Assembly (NCBI RefSeq): GCF_963921235.1 | Contig: NC_086108.1 | Span: 46,440,001-46,504,000, forward strand | DNA length: 64,000 bases | DNA from: Mobula hypostoma | Lineage: Eukaryota | Reading direction: 5' to 3' | Part shown: in pieces, positions 61,897 through 64,000 of the stretch | Position numbering within the stretch: position 1 is the first letter of the stretch | Layout of the letters: every line of letters starts with the position of its first letter | Translations under genes and position numbers: made by a program | The notes under the pieces: model-generated | Told to the model about the DNA's origin: nothing | Databases searched by the model: none | What the model saw: only the letters and a program-made list of their open reading frames with translations

Positions 61897-64000
61897 GGAT
61901 CAGGCAAGTCACATTTGTACATGAAACTAGAGTGCTTTGGCCATTATCAAGACTTGCTTGTCGAAAGAGGATAATTCATATGGGTGGAAGTCAGAAACAG
62001 GAAGGGAACAATCACTCTATTGGGAACATTCTGGAGGCCCACCATTAGCAATTGAGAGGAGCAGATAAGTAGACAGATTTTAGAAAGGTTAATAACAAGA
62101 AGATAGCTGCCATGGGTGGCTTCAACTTCCCTAAAATTGTTTGGCACCTCCTTAGTGAAAAAGGTTTCGATGGGGCAGAATTTCTTAAGTATATCCAGCA
62201 AGGGTTCCTGGCAGAGTATGTGGATGAGCCGACTAGAGGAGAGGGCATACTGGATCTAATACAAGACAATTAGCCTGGTCAGGTGACAGATCTCTCAGTG
62301 GGTGAGCATTTCAGAGATAGTGATCACAACTCCCTGACCTTTAGCATAGCCATGGATAAAGATAACGGTAGGTGGTACTGGGAATTATTTCATTGAGGGA
62401 AGACTAATTGCAAGCATATTAGGCAGGAACATGAGAATGTAAATTGGGAGCAGATATTCTCATGGAAATGTGGAGGTTGTCTAATGAGCACTTGCTAGGA
62501 TAGGATTGTCCCATTCCAAAAGGGTAACAACGGTAGGGTGAAGGAAGCATGGTTGACTGAAGAGGTGAAACATTTAGTTAAGAGAAAGAAGAAAACAAAA
62601 GTCAGTTACAAGGTATCTAGGAAATATCTTAGGAGATTTCGAAGTGGATATGACAAGGCTTTGGCAAGTAGGATTAAGAAAATTCCAAAAGGCATTCTAT
62701 ATGTATGAGAAGAACAGGAGGATGACTAGAATGAAGGTAGAAATGCTCAGGGATAAAGGCAGAAACACACTTGGAGTCAGAGGAGGTCCTTAGTGAACAC
62801 TTGCTTCAGAGTTCACCAGAGAGAAGGACCCTGTCAAATATGCAGTCAGTGTAGAAGAGACTAAAGTTCTGGAGTGTGTTGAGGTTAAAAAAAGAGGCAG
62901 TGTTGTAAAGCATTAGGATAGATAAATCCCTGGGGATGGATGGGAAAAGCCCTAGGTTACTAAGTGAAATAGGAGAAGAGATTGCTAGGGTGTTAATGAT
63001 CTTTGCATTCTGACTGGCCACAAAAAGATTGGAGGATGGCAAGCATTATCCTTTTGCTCAAGAAAGGTAACATGGATAATGCTAGGAATCATAGACCAAC
63101 GAGTCTTGCATCAGTGATAGTCAAACTGATGGAGAGGATTCTTACAGACATAACTTATAAGCATTTTGAGAAGCACAGTCTTATTAGGGATAATCGGCTT
63201 GGCTTTGTATGGTGTAGGTTGTGTCGCACAAGCCTTATTGACATTTTTGGGAAGGGATGAAGATGGACCACTGGGAGTAGTGCATATTGATTTGAGTAAG
63301 GCTCAAAGAAACTTAGCAGTGTGGATTTGGAATTTCATGCTCACAGAAAGCTGAGGGTAGTAGTAAAATAAGTGTAATCTGCCTGGATGTCCGTGGCCAA
63401 TGGTTTGCTGCAGAGATCTGTTCTGAGAACCCCATTCTTCAGGAATTATAAATAATATGGATGAGAAAGGGGAAGAGTGGATTAGTAAATCTGCAGATGA
63501 TACTGAGGTCGGTGTTGTAGTATATAGTGAAGAAGATTGTTGTCGTTTACAATGTGACATTGATAGGATGCAGAGCTGGGAAGAGAAGTGGCAGGTGGTG
63601 GTCAATCTGGAAAAATGTGAAGTGATATACTTTGGAAGAGTGAATGTGAATGCAGAGTACAAGATTTGAATGCAGACTACAAGAAAGCACTGAAGGAGGA
63701 GTCTGATAGGAGGGGACAGTAGACCATGGAAGAAAGGGAAAGTGGAGGGAGAACTTCCATTATTTTTAAACACCCTCCCCTACTCACTTACCTTATCCCT
63801 CACCTAGTTTCATCTAACACCTGCCAGCTTGCACCCTTTACCCTCTCCCCGCTTCTTATTCCGGCTTTTTCCACTTTCCTTTCTGATCATAATGAAGGTT
63901 CTTCTGCCCATAAAGTCAATTGTTTATTCCTCTCCATAGATGCTACTTGGAGTATCATGGTCAGTTCCAGTCACCTCACTACAGGAAGGATGTGAAGGTG
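61897..64000 (+). mobile_element. Decayed CR1 LINE ORF2 interrupted by a Penelope-derived repeat (about 63690-63943)
   Basis: SDHNSL, WRMASII.L.KKG..NHRPTSLAS, ISKSADDT..LQCDID; same repeat/CR1 junction as at 51215 and 51995. Confidence 0.82.

Overview
Eukaryotic (vertebrate) genomic DNA. The repeat families suggest a cartilaginous fish, probably a ray (inference). The one host gene I can support is the 3' part of a selectin (E/P-selectin-like) on the minus strand. It has eight intact 186-bp phase-1 exons, each encoding a six-cysteine sushi/CCP repeat (61674-61859 down to 35301-35486), a 123-bp transmembrane exon (27558-27680), a 34-bp cytoplasmic exon (22595-22628) and two candidate terminal exons. 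The lectin and EGF exons must lie beyond position 64000. At least six decayed CCP pseudo-exons, near-identical exon pairs, a chimeric exon and duplicated intron blocks indicate repeated expansion and loss of the stalk. The rest is mostly transposable elements: a multi-layer Rex/Babar-Gypsy nest (1-7000), a structurally complete Gypsy with LTRs, PBS, PPT and TSD (7044-11353), a decayed Gypsy carrying two nested CR1s (37944-45260), a near-full-length L1 (55669-61252), two solo LTRs, many CR1/Rex fragments, SINEs, MITEs, and fold-back repeats carrying degenerate hammerhead-ribozyme cores typical of Penelope-like elements. I found no clearly novel system. The best leads are the selectin stalk birth-and-death array and the hammerhead relics. 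All coordinates were read by eye.
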